From Candidatus Kaiserbacteria bacterium (GTDB lineage Bacteria > Patescibacteriota > Minisyncoccia > Phycocordibacterales > UBA2100), in the NCBI GenBank assembly GCA_016432285.1, contig CP066682.1, forward strand, positions 602,274 to 666,273: a stretch of DNA of 64,000 nucleotides, read 5' to 3'. Below are positions 1-9,954 of this stretch, in pieces (position 1 is the first letter of the stretch; the number at the start of each line of letters is the position of its first letter). The translations under genes and the position numbers were made by a program. The notes beneath the pieces were generated by a model. It had not been told where the DNA came from. It made no database searches and worked only from the letters and a program-made list of their open reading frames with translations.

Positions 1-15
1 CGAGCAACACTTCGG

Positions 16-525
16 TCATACGGCCTTTGCTTCACACGAGCGGCATTGTCCAAAAAATTCGAGCGAATGGGCTTTGATACGCGTGAAGTTGTGAGAGCGT
101 CGTAGCACATCTTTCTCCGCGCGCTCGCCGACGCAAAAATCAACGTCCTCGCTCGTGCCGCAATCGTCGCATGTGAGGTGGTGATGGTGCGTGTCGGCAA
201 GCTCGAAGCAGACGCCGCGCTGCCGGAGGTCGCTGCGGACAATCACCGTTTTTTGCGCCAACGCTTCGAGCGCCCGGTATACGTTGGCCTCGTCGAGAAA
301 ATCCCGCGCTGCGACGGCGATCTCGGAAATCGCGAGCGGCCGCGCAGCCGCCTTGAGGATCGAGAGGAGTTTCAGTCGGCCTTCCGTGGAACGAAAACCT
401 GCATCGCGAAGAATCGCCTGCAAGGCCTTGCGGTCGGTGCCCGCATAGTGCTTCAGCCGCGACAGCCGCGACGCATGGCTCGCTGCATTCTTTTTTCGGT
501 CGCGCGTACGGCGACTGGTGATCAT
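16..525 (-). CDS. Fur/Zur/PerR-family transcriptional regulator
   Basis: ANVYRAL helix, HHHHLTCDDCG and C-terminal HSLEFFGQCRSC motifs; TTGCAA-17-TAGAGT promoter 6 nt upstream of ATG. Confidence 0.9.
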   Translation of the reverse strand: MITSRRTRDRKKNAASHASRLSRLKHYAGTDRKALQAILRDAGFRSTEGRLKLLSILKAAARPLAISEIAVAARDFLDEANVYRALEALAQKTVIVRSDLRQRGVCFELADTHHHHLTCDDCGTSEDVDFCVGERAEKDVLRRSHNFTRIKAHSLEFFGQCRSCEAKAV

Positions 526-531
526 CGCACG

Positions 532-560
532 ACTCTATCACTAACGCGAATTTCTTGCAA
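532..560 (-). promoter_or_regulatory. sigma70-type promoter of fur-family gene (probably leaderless)
   Basis: TTGCAA (560-555), 17-nt spacer, TAGAGT, 6 nt, ATG. Confidence 0.65.
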
Positions 561-648
561 TAGTGTCCGTGGGAAGGCCCCAGAATCTACTACCCTGCGG
601 CTGCCCCTTCCCTCCGCTCTTTCTTTTCCTACCGCGTATAATGGCTCC

Positions 649-1008
649 ATGCTGCATCAGAAACTCCGGAGCTTCCGCTATTCCATGAGAGGGCTCGCAA
701 TCGCGTGGCGTGAGGAGTTTAATTTCCGAGTCCACGCCGCAGCGACCGCGCTTGTACTCTTCCTCTCGTGGTTCCTCGGCATATCGGCAATCGAATTTCT
801 CTTCGTGCTTGGAGCGGTTACCCTCGTGCTCGCAGCCGAGCTCTTCAACACCGCGCTTGAGGAGCTCTGCGATAAGTTTGGCACCGATCCTGATCCGCAC
901 ATTGCAAAAATCAAAGACCTCGCCGCAGCGGCAGTTTCGGTGGCCGCACTCGGAGCGTTCGTGATCGGCAGCATAATCTTCATCCCCTACGTGCTCGCGC
1001 TCCTATGA
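649..1008 (+). CDS. dgkA: Diacylglycerol/undecaprenol kinase (DgkA family)
   Basis: EFNFRVH, ELFNTALEELCD, KIKDLAAAAV motifs; TATAAT 6 nt before ATG 649. Confidence 0.9.
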   Translation: MLHQKLRSFRYSMRGLAIAWREEFNFRVHAAATALVLFLSWFLGISAIEFLFVLGAVTLVLAAELFNTALEELCDKFGTDPDPHIAKIKDLAAAAVSVAALGAFVIGSIIFIPYVLALL

Positions 1009-1544
1009 GCGGCTTCGACACGTACGTACTCGAGGCACTCTATCGCCTCCGCGATCCGGAGTGGGTGCAAGCGCTCATCTGGATCAGCGAGCTCGGGAGC
1101 GCGTGGACCGTGTACGGACTTGCGGTCGCAGGAGCGCTCGCCTTCCTTTTCTACCGGAAGTACTCCACGGCCGCGGGACTCGCGCTTTGCATGGGTGCGG
1201 TCGGTGTGTTGATTCTTCTTCTCAAAGGCGTAACGGCACGCCCGAGGCCTCCGATCGAGTACCAGGCCTACCTCGAGATCTGGTATGCCTTCCCGAGCGC
1301 GCACGCGGCGCTCGCGGCGGCCTTTTATGGATTCCTGTTGCTACTTTCGTGGCGAGAAATACGTACTCCGCTGCTTCGGTTTGCGAGTATCTTCGCGCTC
1401 GCGCTCGTCATCGTCTTGGTCGGATTCAGCCGCGTCTATCTCGGCGTCCATTACGTAAGCGATGTGCTCGCGGGCTACCTCCTCGGCTTTTCATCAGCGT
1501 ACCTTGCGATGCGGTACGCGCGATTTGTTAAGATGCCGCGATGA
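1005..1544 (+). CDS. PAP2-family phosphatase (undecaprenyl-PP phosphatase-like)
   Basis: KGVTARPRP, FPSAH, SRVYLGVHYVSDV motifs; ATGA overlap with dgkA. Confidence 0.92.
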   Translation: MSGFDTYVLEALYRLRDPEWVQALIWISELGSAWTVYGLAVAGALAFLFYRKYSTAAGLALCMGAVGVLILLLKGVTARPRPPIEYQAYLEIWYAFPSAHAALAAAFYGFLLLLSWREIRTPLLRFASIFALALVIVLVGFSRVYLGVHYVSDVLAGYLLGFSSAYLAMRYARFVKMPR

Positions 1545-2308
1545 CCATCTTTGATTCCATCGTCCTCGGGGTCGTCGAGGGCATCACCGAATTTTTGCCG
1601 ATCTCCTCGACCGGGCACCTCATCCTCGCGAGCGAGCTTCTGCGCATCCCCGATTCCGAATACCTCAAAACGTTCGAGATCGCGATCCAACTCGGCGCGA
1701 TCGGCAGTGTCGTCGCCCTCTACTGGAAATCATTTTTCGACGTCGAGATTCTGAAGCGCCTCGCAATCGGCTTCATCCCGACGGGCGTGATCGGACTCGC
1801 ATTCTACGGAATCGTGAAAACGTACCTCCTCGAGAGTACGGCTCTTGTGCTGTGGATGCTGCTTCTTGGCGGCGTCGCACTCATTGTCTTTGAGCTGCTG
1901 CACCGCGAACCGGGAGACGCCCCGGGCTCGGCGCACGATATTTCGTACCTGCAAGCAGCGCTCATCGGACTCTTCCAGTCGATCGCTATCGTGCCAGGAG
2001 TCTCGCGAAGCGCCGCGACCATCGTCGGCGGGCTTTTGCTCGGGATCCGGCGCGTTGCGATCGTTGAGTTTTCATTTCTCCTTGCTGTCCCGACGATGCT
2101 TGCAGCGACCGGGCTCGATCTTGTGAAAAACGCCAGCCTTTTCACTCCCGACCAGTTCCTCACGCTCGCGATCGGCTTTGCGACGGCCTTCCTCGTGGCA
2201 CTACTCGCCATCACATGGCTGCTCGCTTTCGTCCGCACCCGCTCGTTTATCTCGTTCGGCGTGTACCGTATCGTCATCGCGCTGTTTTTTATCGCCATTC
2301 TCCTGTAG
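1541..2308 (+). CDS. uppP: Undecaprenyl-diphosphatase UppP/BacA
   Basis: VEGITEFLPISSTGH, IQLGAI, PGVSRSAATI, EFSFLLAVP. Confidence 0.96.
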   Translation: MTIFDSIVLGVVEGITEFLPISSTGHLILASELLRIPDSEYLKTFEIAIQLGAIGSVVALYWKSFFDVEILKRLAIGFIPTGVIGLAFYGIVKTYLLESTALVLWMLLLGGVALIVFELLHREPGDAPGSAHDISYLQAALIGLFQSIAIVPGVSRSAATIVGGLLLGIRRVAIVEFSFLLAVPTMLAATGLDLVKNASLFTPDQFLTLAIGFATAFLVALLAITWLLAFVRTRSFISFGVYRIVIALFFIAILL

Positions 2309-2402
2309 CCCCTGCTTTTGACTCGCGGAGACTGGTATGACACCATCGCGAAGACCGACCTGAGCAAGAGTGAATCAGGTGAGGTAACGAAGGGAGCTGG
2401 AA

Positions 2403-2729
2403 ATGAAAACGCTTCTTTTTGCTTTTCTGTGGCCGTCTCAAGCGACGTGGCAACTCGGCGCCGGGATGTATCGCTTCGACACGCTCTGGATCCGGAACGC
2501 GGTCAGGATCTGCGTCGTCCTCGACGTACTGGTCCTCATCGCGATCGGTGCGATGATCGAAACGCGCGCGTTCGGCTGGTGGTTGGTGATCGCCGTGATC
2601 GCTCACGTCGTCATCGGATTCGTCTACCACATGACGTATCTCAACAGCCGCCTGAAAGAGGCGGAGGACAACAGCCGCCCCGGGAGCGAGCAGATCGTAA
2701 CCGGACCGACGACCCGCATTCGCGGATAG
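2403..2729 (+). CDS. Hypothetical membrane protein
   Basis: GGGAG SD, two hydrophobic segments, followed by terminator. Confidence 0.6.
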   Translation: MKTLLFAFLWPSQATWQLGAGMYRFDTLWIRNAVRICVVLDVLVLIAIGAMIETRAFGWWLVIAVIAHVVIGFVYHMTYLNSRLKEAEDNSRPGSEQIVTGPTTRIRG

Positions 2730-2741
2730 CGCGCAGAGCTC

Positions 2742-2776
2742 GGCCCGGGCGGCAATCGCCCGGGCCATCGTTTTTT
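2742..2776 (+). terminator. Intrinsic terminator
   Basis: GGCCCGGGCG/CGCCCGGGCC 10-bp stem then T-run. Confidence 0.7.
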
Positions 2777-3293
2777 ACGATCGCCGGATACCCAACGTCG
2801 ATACATCGAACGCTTCGTTTTGGATCACCCAACGGTAGAGCGCAGGGGCAAGCAACACAGAGAAAGTGATCGTCCCAGTGAGGTGCATGAGCGTAAACGG
2901 GATTTGGCCCACGACTGCGACTGCGAACGACTGGTTGTTGAAAAGAGGGCCGATGAGCATGGTGACCGCGTCGTAGATGATCGTCGCCGGCACGCCGAAC
3001 ACAAGAAAATTCTTCACCGACGCGGCGCGATTTTTGAAAAAGTAGTGCGCGCCGAGCCCCAGGAGGCCGTACGAAAGCGCCGTGACAGCTGTCCAGCTGC
3101 CCCATCCACTCGTTACCGCGTCGTAGAGGACGATGCCGAGGAAGCCGAACAAAAAGCTGCCTGCCGGGCCGTACCGCTTCGAGAAAGGCATCACCGTCGC
3201 GAGCATCGGCTCAAAATTCGGCGGCCGGAAGGGGATCAGCCGGAAGAGAAAAACGGCCACCCAACCGATCACGAATTTGAGTGATGAATCCAT
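2775..3293 (-). CDS. Membrane protein resembling an ECF transporter S component
   Basis: RLIPFRPPNFEP N-terminal motif, about 5 TM helices, IPFTLMH; TGnTATAGT upstream. Confidence 0.65.
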   Translation of the reverse strand: MDSSLKFVIGWVAVFLFRLIPFRPPNFEPMLATVMPFSKRYGPAGSFLFGFLGIVLYDAVTSGWGSWTAVTALSYGLLGLGAHYFFKNRAASVKNFLVFGVPATIIYDAVTMLIGPLFNNQSFAVAVVGQIPFTLMHLTGTITFSVLLAPALYRWVIQNEAFDVSTLGIRRS

Positions 3294-3342
3294 GGGATTA
3301 CGACTATACCACGAGCTGCTTGCGGTAAACGTGTCGAACTGT

Positions 3343-3375
3343 GCACAAAACCCCGCCGAAGGCGGGGTTTTGTGC
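3343..3375. terminator. Bidirectional intrinsic terminator
   Basis: 15-bp perfect stem GCACAAAACCCCGCC/GGCGGGGTTTTGTGC. Confidence 0.85.
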
Positions 3376-3384
3376 TAAGTGGGA

Positions 3385-3890
3385 TTAGTCGTTCTTTTCG
3401 TGGCCGATCTTGAGGCCGTTGTTGAATCCGAAGAACCATCCCTTGTGCTTGCCGTGCTTCTCCTTCCACTCCTTCATGTTCTCCTTGAAGGCCTTCGTGG
3501 AGGTGGCCATTCTTTCCTTGATCGCTTTGGCCTCAACCGTGAGGTTGGCGCCCGATCCGGAGAGCTTGCCGAAGAAGCTCACGGTATCACCGACGGCGAT
3601 CTCGAGAAGCCCCGTGAATCCCTTGCCAAACTTCCCAAAGAGGGTCGTCGACGAGGCGATTACGTTCCAGTTGATGGTGTTGCCACCGAGATTGGTCGTG
3701 GCGGTGAGGCCCGTGGTCGAGGTGGCTGTAACGGTAGCACCGCGTACGAAGGCGTTGCCATCGCGCTGATAAAGACGCCGGTGCCGCCCTTGGTGTCGGC
3801 GCTGACCGCAGCGATGCCGAAGGCAAAGAACATGATCATGCCGATCACAAGCGGCACGGAGTACTTAGCTACGAATTTTCTGGTTGTCAT
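3385..3890 (-). pseudogene. Secreted DUF5666-like protein split by an apparent 1-nt deletion near 3763 (real or assembly error)
   Basis: Signal peptide ORF MTTRKF...VFISA continues in the -1 frame as DGNAFVRGATVTATS...EIAVGDTVSFFGKL to stop 3385. Confidence 0.7.
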
Positions 3891-4006
3891 GAGATGTTGG
3901 CGCGCAGGCTCTTTAAGTAAATACCTGCCGCCTGTATGAAGACGGGCCGACCGCCGTCGTCTTTCTTGACAACATTCATCTTTTATTGTTTCGTCTGTTG
4001 AGGCCG

Positions 4007-4033
4007 AAATATGGACATTCGATGTCCATATTT
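4007..4033. repeat. 12-bp perfect inverted repeat
   Basis: AAATATGGACAT-TCG-ATGTCCATATTT, intergenic. Confidence 0.8.
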
Positions 4034-4065
4034 TCTTCATTTTGCACGCACCGCTACCCTATCGA

Positions 4066-4713
4066 TCAACCCAGATGCGCGTGGTCGTTCCACACTTCGA
4101 GCACCCATTCCGACCGGGCCGTCTTATTCACTTCCCCACCGCGCGTCGCTACGGAGAGCGCCGTATTTTCGAGCTGTCCGAATCCGTTGATGACATGCCG
4201 ACACTCGTGCGAGGTCATTTCCTTGCCGAATAGAATGGCGGCCGCCACTACGTACATAAAGAAACCGTGGCTCACGACCAGAATGTTGCTCTCCGTTCGC
4301 TCTGCCAGAAAGTCGAGCGCTGCCAGTGCACGCATTTTCAAGTCTTCAAAATTTTCGCCGCCCGGGAATCTCCAACCGGGTTCGTCGAAACGATCCCACG
4401 ATTCCATGACGATTTTCCGCACCTCGGGATCATCATGATCTCTTCCGAGAATGACGGTCGCGGTTATTCGCTCCCGAAACAGCGCTGAAAACTCAGTCTT
4501 GAGATTTGTTCCTGCGACGATGTGGCCCGCGGTTTGTCGCGCACGCTCCATATCGCTCGCAACCACAACATCGATCGGAAGCTGCTGGCATCGCTTTGCA
4601 ATCTCGAGTGCCTGCGCCTCTCCCGCCTTCGAAAGCGGAGTGTCGATGTCGTTGTACTTGTGTGTGGCGTTATTGACACTCTCGCCGTGCCGCACGAAGT
4701 AAACGGTTTTCAT
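4066..4713 (-). CDS. Histidine phosphatase family protein
   Basis: VRHGES, SDMERARQTA, VVSHG. Confidence 0.92.
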   Translation of the reverse strand: MKTVYFVRHGESVNNATHKYNDIDTPLSKAGEAQALEIAKRCQQLPIDVVVASDMERARQTAGHIVAGTNLKTEFSALFRERITATVILGRDHDDPEVRKIVMESWDRFDEPGWRFPGGENFEDLKMRALAALDFLAERTESNILVVSHGFFMYVVAAAILFGKEMTSHECRHVINGFGQLENTALSVATRGGEVNKTARSEWVLEVWNDHAHLG

Positions 4714-4715
4714 CG

Positions 4716-5954
4716 TTAGAGTACGAACTTCCCGTCTTTGTAGATCACTTTCATGGATCCGTCTTTAAGATGCGCAGTTACGGTCCGGCGCGTCGTCGAG
4801 ATCATGTCGGTGTGCACAGAGGAGTCGTTGAAGCCGAGCTTTTTAGCCTGCGCCTTTGTGAGCTTCGATACATCTCCAGAAAAGGTGTCTTTGTACGACA
4901 TGCCGACCGCGATGTGCGTGTTGCCAAAAGGTCCGCCCATGTTTTCGTCGAAGAGCGTCTCGGCCATGAACTTCGTGATCCGTGAGTGGCGACGATCAGT
5001 GAGCGAGTATTCGCCGATCTGATCCGCGCCGGGCGTCGCGACCATTTGTTTGAGGAGCTTCTCGTTGGTCTTGGCTGTGGCCTTCACCACTTTCCCCTTT
5101 TTGAACCACAGTTGAATGCCGGTAACCTTGCTGCCGTAGCGGTATAGCGGCTGGTTGAAGCGAATCCACCCTTCGGTGCCGCGCCAATCGGGCGAGGTGA
5201 AGATCTCGAAGCTTGGCATGTTGAAGCCGCGTCCCGCGAGCCATTGACGCTTTTCCCCGAGTGCGATCCACAAATCCATGTCGGGCCCTACGGCGTGCAG
5301 CCTGTCGATCTTCGGCGAGAGCTTGTTGAGCGCGAGCTTGTAGCGCTCGATCTCGCGATACACCTCCTTCCATTTTTTGATCGGATCTTTCTGATCCAAA
5401 AAACACGCCTTGATGATCTGGTTCCAGTATTCCTTTTCGGAAAGCCCCGCCTCTTTGGCCATGGCGGGCGTGCCGTACATGCCGAGCGTCCATGTGAACT
5501 TCCCTTTGTGCTGCTTTTCGTTGCGCCAGTCCATAAAAGGCTTCAGGGCAACGCCGCGGCGCATGATTTTTTTGGGGTCAATGCCATCGAGCGCGTGCAT
5601 ATCGGCGTCGGAGAGAATGAAGAGCGAGTGGTCTATCTGATCGATGAGGCCCTTGAGGTACTTCGCGGGGAAAAAGTCGAGCTGCTCGTCGCTCGCGTGT
5701 TCGTAGAAGTAGCGGGTGAAGCTCTCGTTGCGGCGCTTGTCGCCCTGTTCGTCGTCCGGCGAATAATGGCCGACCACGTGGCCGCCGGATTTGACGATGG
5801 CGTTGCAGATTGCGACGTAGAGCGGCTTACATGATTCGTTGCCCGAAACGCGCACGACGTCGCCCTTCCTGATCCCCTTGCCCATGTTGAGGGCGAAGTT
5901 TACGAGCACGTCGGCGTATCTTTCTAAAATTTTCCTGCTGGGTTTGTATGCCAT
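4716..5954 (-). CDS. Aminopeptidase, M29 (AmpS/aminopeptidase II) family
   Basis: NMPSFEIFTSP, IGEYSL, LFDENMG, NTHIAVG, SSVHTDMI. Confidence 0.93.
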   Translation of the reverse strand: MAYKPSRKILERYADVLVNFALNMGKGIRKGDVVRVSGNESCKPLYVAICNAIVKSGGHVVGHYSPDDEQGDKRRNESFTRYFYEHASDEQLDFFPAKYLKGLIDQIDHSLFILSDADMHALDGIDPKKIMRRGVALKPFMDWRNEKQHKGKFTWTLGMYGTPAMAKEAGLSEKEYWNQIIKACFLDQKDPIKKWKEVYREIERYKLALNKLSPKIDRLHAVGPDMDLWIALGEKRQWLAGRGFNMPSFEIFTSPDWRGTEGWIRFNQPLYRYGSKVTGIQLWFKKGKVVKATAKTNEKLLKQMVATPGADQIGEYSLTDRRHSRITKFMAETLFDENMGGPFGNTHIAVGMSYKDTFSGDVSKLTKAQAKKLGFNDSSVHTDMISTTRRTVTAHLKDGSMKVIYKDGKFVL

Positions 5955-5986
5955 TGCGATACAGTAACAAACTTTTCTTCCATCAC

Positions 5987-6011
5987 AAAAGCCCCGCGGT
6001 GCGGGGCTTTT
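5987..6011. terminator. Bidirectional intrinsic terminator
   Basis: AAAAGCCCCGC-GGT-GCGGGGCTTTT. Confidence 0.85.
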
Positions 6012-6027
6012 GGAAAAAGCCTGCGAG

Positions 6028-6984
6028 TTAGTTGGCGCTCACCGATCCGGAAGCATCGGCCGCTGCCGTGGCAGAGGCAGATGCGTCGGCCGCAAGCTCG
6101 CTTTCCATCACCGCTTTCATTTCGGCGACGAGCTTCGCCTGGGCTTCCGCCGCAAGCTTCGCAGCCGCGTCAGCGTTGGCACCGGCCTCGGCTGCGGCAT
6201 TCGCGCCCGCGCTGCCGCTCACCGATGTGCCGTTGATTTCCGCGCCGCCTTCCGCCGCAAGCGTCGCATCTACCGTGCTCTGGAGTTTCGCTTCGAGCGC
6301 CGCCTCATTGGTGCTCGCCAGGAAGGCATACCACGGGAAGCGCACGTCCACATCACCCTTTGCGTCGACGTTCGCGGTCGCGTTCAAGGTGATCGGGATG
6401 AAGCCGAAGAGCTTCGCGTGCTGCTTGTAGGTGACAGCCACGTTGTCTGTCGACACCTCGATGCGGGAGACGTTCTTGTCGCCCTTGACCTGCGCTTTCA
6501 CGAACGCGCCGAGATCGGCCTGCGACCTCACGCTCGTCGCTCCCAGGGAGACAATAGCTTTATCGTCCGCGTCAACGTCGCCGCGCGTAATGACGAGCAC
6601 TTCAATACCGGAGTTGGCAGAGGTGCTGGCCCCCGCACTCGCGCTGCCACTGCCGGAGCTATCGGCACTGGTGCCCGCGTTTGTGTCGTTGGTGTTGGCG
6701 GAGTCGCCCGAGCCCGCATCACTGCCTCCGGCACTGCCGACGATCGCGTTGAAGACGCCTTTGACCCCGGCCCCAAGACCGGCATCGAAGAAGCCGCCCA
6801 CAGATGCATCACTTGAAGCGCTACCGCTCCCGGAGACACTCGTCGAGCCGACGTTGGCTGCAACACTGGCATCGAGAGAGGCATTGCCGCTTACTGAGTA
6901 TTCTGCCGCCGCCGCAGGAAGCGCAAGACCGAGCGTCATCGCAGTAGCGACCGCGGTAGAAAGAATTTTCTTACTGATGTTCAT
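6028..6984 (-). CDS. Secreted Ala/Ser/Gly-rich hypothetical surface protein
   Basis: Signal peptide ending LPAAAA, low-complexity ends, central KLFGFIP...PWYAFL segment. Confidence 0.8.
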   Translation of the reverse strand: MNISKKILSTAVATAMTLGLALPAAAAEYSVSGNASLDASVAANVGSTSVSGSGSASSDASVGGFFDAGLGAGVKGVFNAIVGSAGGSDAGSGDSANTNDTNAGTSADSSGSGSASAGASTSANSGIEVLVITRGDVDADDKAIVSLGATSVRSQADLGAFVKAQVKGDKNVSRIEVSTDNVAVTYKQHAKLFGFIPITLNATANVDAKGDVDVRFPWYAFLASTNEAALEAKLQSTVDATLAAEGGAEINGTSVSGSAGANAAAEAGANADAAAKLAAEAQAKLVAEMKAVMESELAADASASATAAADASGSVSAN

Positions 6985-7138
6985 AGTGAATTCTTTTAAT
7001 TGCTAATTTCGTTGTAAGCCCTTTAAGGGCGTAGACCTCAGAATACCTCCAAGATCTCAGCTCATGAAGACGGTTCATGCTGAGGCGCATTACCTTCTCG
7101 GCAGATGTCGTAGAATGGCTCAACAGAGCCATTAAATA

Positions 7139-8608
7139 TCACTTGCCTGAGATTTCTCGTGCACGTTCGCGAATATCGATCGGGTATACCCCATTGAAAC
7201 AAGATGTCGAAAAATTCGATTCAGGGAGAGCTGTCGCGGCGATCATCCCTTCGTATGAAAGATACGTGAGCGACGTGGCGTCGAGATATGCTCTGATTTC
7301 TTCGATCGACTTTGTTGCAGCGATGAGATCGGTCTGTTTCGGCGTATCGATTCCGTAGAAATCCGGGAATCTTACCGGTGGCGACGAGACAAGAAAATGC
7401 ACTTCCTTCGCGCCTGCCTCGAAAAGCATCTCGACGATCTGGCGCGACGTGGTACCGCGCACGATCGAATCATCCATGACGGCGACACGCTTGCCGCGGA
7501 TCACGGAAGGAATCGGCGTGAGCTTGGCCTTTACCCCCTGCTCGCGCACATGCTGCTCGGGCGTGATGAATGTGCGATGGATGTATCTGTTTTTAGTGAG
7601 ACCCACTTCCATGGGGATTCCGGTCGCCTGCGAATAGCCAATGCTCGCGGGGATAGCGGTTTCAGGCACCGGAATTACCACATCAACGTCTGCTTTGTAT
7701 TCCTTGGCGAGCTGTCGACCGCTTTCCTTGCGCATGTCGTAGACCGACTTCCCCAAAAGCTCGCTGTCCGGGCGGGCGAAGTAGACGAACTCGAAGATGT
7801 CGAGCTTGAGGTTTGCGGGCACCACCTGCTCGCTCCGCAATCCTTGACTATCGATCACGACCATTTCCCCCGGATTGATCTCCCGCTCAAGCGTCGCGCC
7901 GATCGGCGGGAAGGCACAGGTCTCCGAGGCGATCACGTAGCCCCCATTGAGGCGCGCGAGCGCAAGCGGACGGATGCCGCACTGATCGCGCGCCGCCACG
8001 AGTGTGTCGTTGGACATGACGAGAATCGAAAACGCGCCGGTAAAGAGCGGGTACGAATCCTTCACCGCGCTCGGCAGATCCACTCCCTCGCGCATCCGCG
8101 CCGCGATTGCTTCCACCATCATGCGCGAATCGGAAAATTCCGACGGATCGATCCCCTTTCCGCGTAGGTACGCTTCGAGCTCCTTCGTGCTCGGGAGGTT
8201 GCCGTTGTGCGCGAGCGCGATCGCGCCGTCGTCCGGTCCGGAGGCGAGCGAGATCGAGTCGTTGAGGCTCGGATTCGGATCCTCGTAGAGCACCTTCTGA
8301 ATCGTGGTGGAGCCTGCCGCGAGCATGGGCTGCGCGTGCTTCACCTTGGAGCCACCGGTCGTCGAATAACGATTATGCGAGACCGCGAGGTGGCCCGGAA
8401 GACCTTTCAAAATGTCATCATTGAAAACCTGCGAGACGAGACCCATGCCCTTGTAGAGCGTGAGCGTATCGCCGTTGCTGGTGGCAATACCCGAGCTCTC
8501 CTGTCCGCGATGTTGGAGCGCGAAGAGTCCGAAGAAGGAGAGTCGCGCGACGTCGAGGCCCTTACCGTAGACCCCGAAGACCGCGCACTTTTCTCCGAGT
8601 TGCTCCAT
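7139..8608 (-). CDS. purF: Amidophosphoribosyltransferase
   Basis: Propeptide MEQLGEK then CAVFG, LQHRGQES, HNRYSTTG, AHNGNL, VYFARPDS, DDSIVRGTT. Confidence 0.96.
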   Translation of the reverse strand: MEQLGEKCAVFGVYGKGLDVARLSFFGLFALQHRGQESSGIATSNGDTLTLYKGMGLVSQVFNDDILKGLPGHLAVSHNRYSTTGGSKVKHAQPMLAAGSTTIQKVLYEDPNPSLNDSISLASGPDDGAIALAHNGNLPSTKELEAYLRGKGIDPSEFSDSRMMVEAIAARMREGVDLPSAVKDSYPLFTGAFSILVMSNDTLVAARDQCGIRPLALARLNGGYVIASETCAFPPIGATLEREINPGEMVVIDSQGLRSEQVVPANLKLDIFEFVYFARPDSELLGKSVYDMRKESGRQLAKEYKADVDVVIPVPETAIPASIGYSQATGIPMEVGLTKNRYIHRTFITPEQHVREQGVKAKLTPIPSVIRGKRVAVMDDSIVRGTTSRQIVEMLFEAGAKEVHFLVSSPPVRFPDFYGIDTPKQTDLIAATKSIEEIRAYLDATSLTYLSYEGMIAATALPESNFSTSCFNGVYPIDIRERAREISGK

Positions 8609-8656
8609 AGAGAAAGAGGGATTGTACCACACAAGCCCGCCCCGGCTAAGACGCGG

Positions 8657-9954
8657 CTATGTACCTTTCTGGAGCGCCGCGATGCGGGCGCGGTACGTTG
8701 CGAGCGAGAGATTGCCGGGAGCCCCGAGCGATTGTTTGGTTGCTATGTTTTGCAAAAGGTCCACGCTTCCCGGATCCATGTCGGCCGCCTTCTTGTACGC
8801 ATCACGAAAAGGCATCCCCTCTTTTTGCACGAGGTCGTTGGCGATATCGGCGGTAAAAATACCGGAATTGATCTTGGCGCGGATGCTCTCGGGCTTCGGC
8901 GAGATGCCGGCCACAACGACCGTGGCCACCGCGAGACTGTCCTCGGCTATCTTCGTGCTCTCAAAGAGCGGCTTTTTTATGAGCTGTCCGTCTCTGTTGT
9001 AGCCGGAGAGGAGATTCTTCGCGATGTCTTTGACGATCAGCTGATTGCCGATTACGACAGACACGTTGCCGCGCATGATTTCAAGCGGATCGAGATTACG
9101 CTTATGCGGCATGATGCTAGAGCCAGTCGTGAGCGACGGATCGATCGCGAAAAAGTCGAACTCCTGCGAGGTGAAAAGCAGTAGATCGCCCGCAAACTTC
9201 CCGAGCGTGAGCATGACCTGCGCGAGAGCTTCCATGTACATGCTCTCAAATTTGCCGCGACCATTTTGGGCATACAGCGAATTGATCTGCACGGCGGAAA
9301 AGCCGAGCTCCCGCGTCGTGAATTCCCTATCGATCGGAATCGACGTGCCGAAGCCCGCGGCCGTGCCGAGCGGATTTTTATCGATGTGTGCGCGGACTCC
9401 CGCAAGGAAGCTGGCATCGTCGATGAGGCTTTCTGCGTACGCCGCGAAGTAGTGGCCCACGCTTGAGAGCATCGCTTGCTGCGTGTGCGAGTAGCCGGGC
9501 ATGGGCGCGTCTTTGTACTTCTCGGCCGCGTCGACGAATTTCGTGGCGAGCTCAAGCGCCAGCGTTTGTACACGTGCCAGGTGCGCCTTCATGTAGAGCC
9601 GCGTGGCTACGGCAACTTGGTCGTTCCTGCTTCTTCCGGTGTGGATCTTCTTGCCCGCCTCGCCGATTTTCTCGACGAGGTAATTTTCGATCACCGTGTG
9701 GCAATCTTCGTCCTCGGGTGTGATCGAGATAGCGCCTTTCTCTGCATCTTTTTCCAAATCAGAAAGAGCGCTCTCGATTGAAGCAAGCTCATCCTCCGAG
9801 AGTATGCCGATTTTCTGAAGGCCCTTCGCGTGAGCTAGCGACCCCTCTATATCGAAGGGCAAAAGCTCCACATCAAAAATGTAGTCGGTGCCCGCCGTGT
9901 ATTGCTCCACGACAGGATCGATCCGTGTATCTGTTTTTTTCCAAAGCTTAGCAT
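8657..9954 (-). CDS. argH: Argininosuccinate lyase (start ATG out of frame by one base)
   Basis: EDCHT, IHTGRSRNDQ, MPGYSHTQQA, TGSSIMPHKRNLD; N-terminal AKLWKK is preceded by an ATG in another frame. Confidence 0.93.

Noticed and set aside
3294-3384. Vitamin riboswitch upstream of the ECF-S-like gene
   Set aside because: The space holds only a terminator and a -10 box 9 nt from ATG
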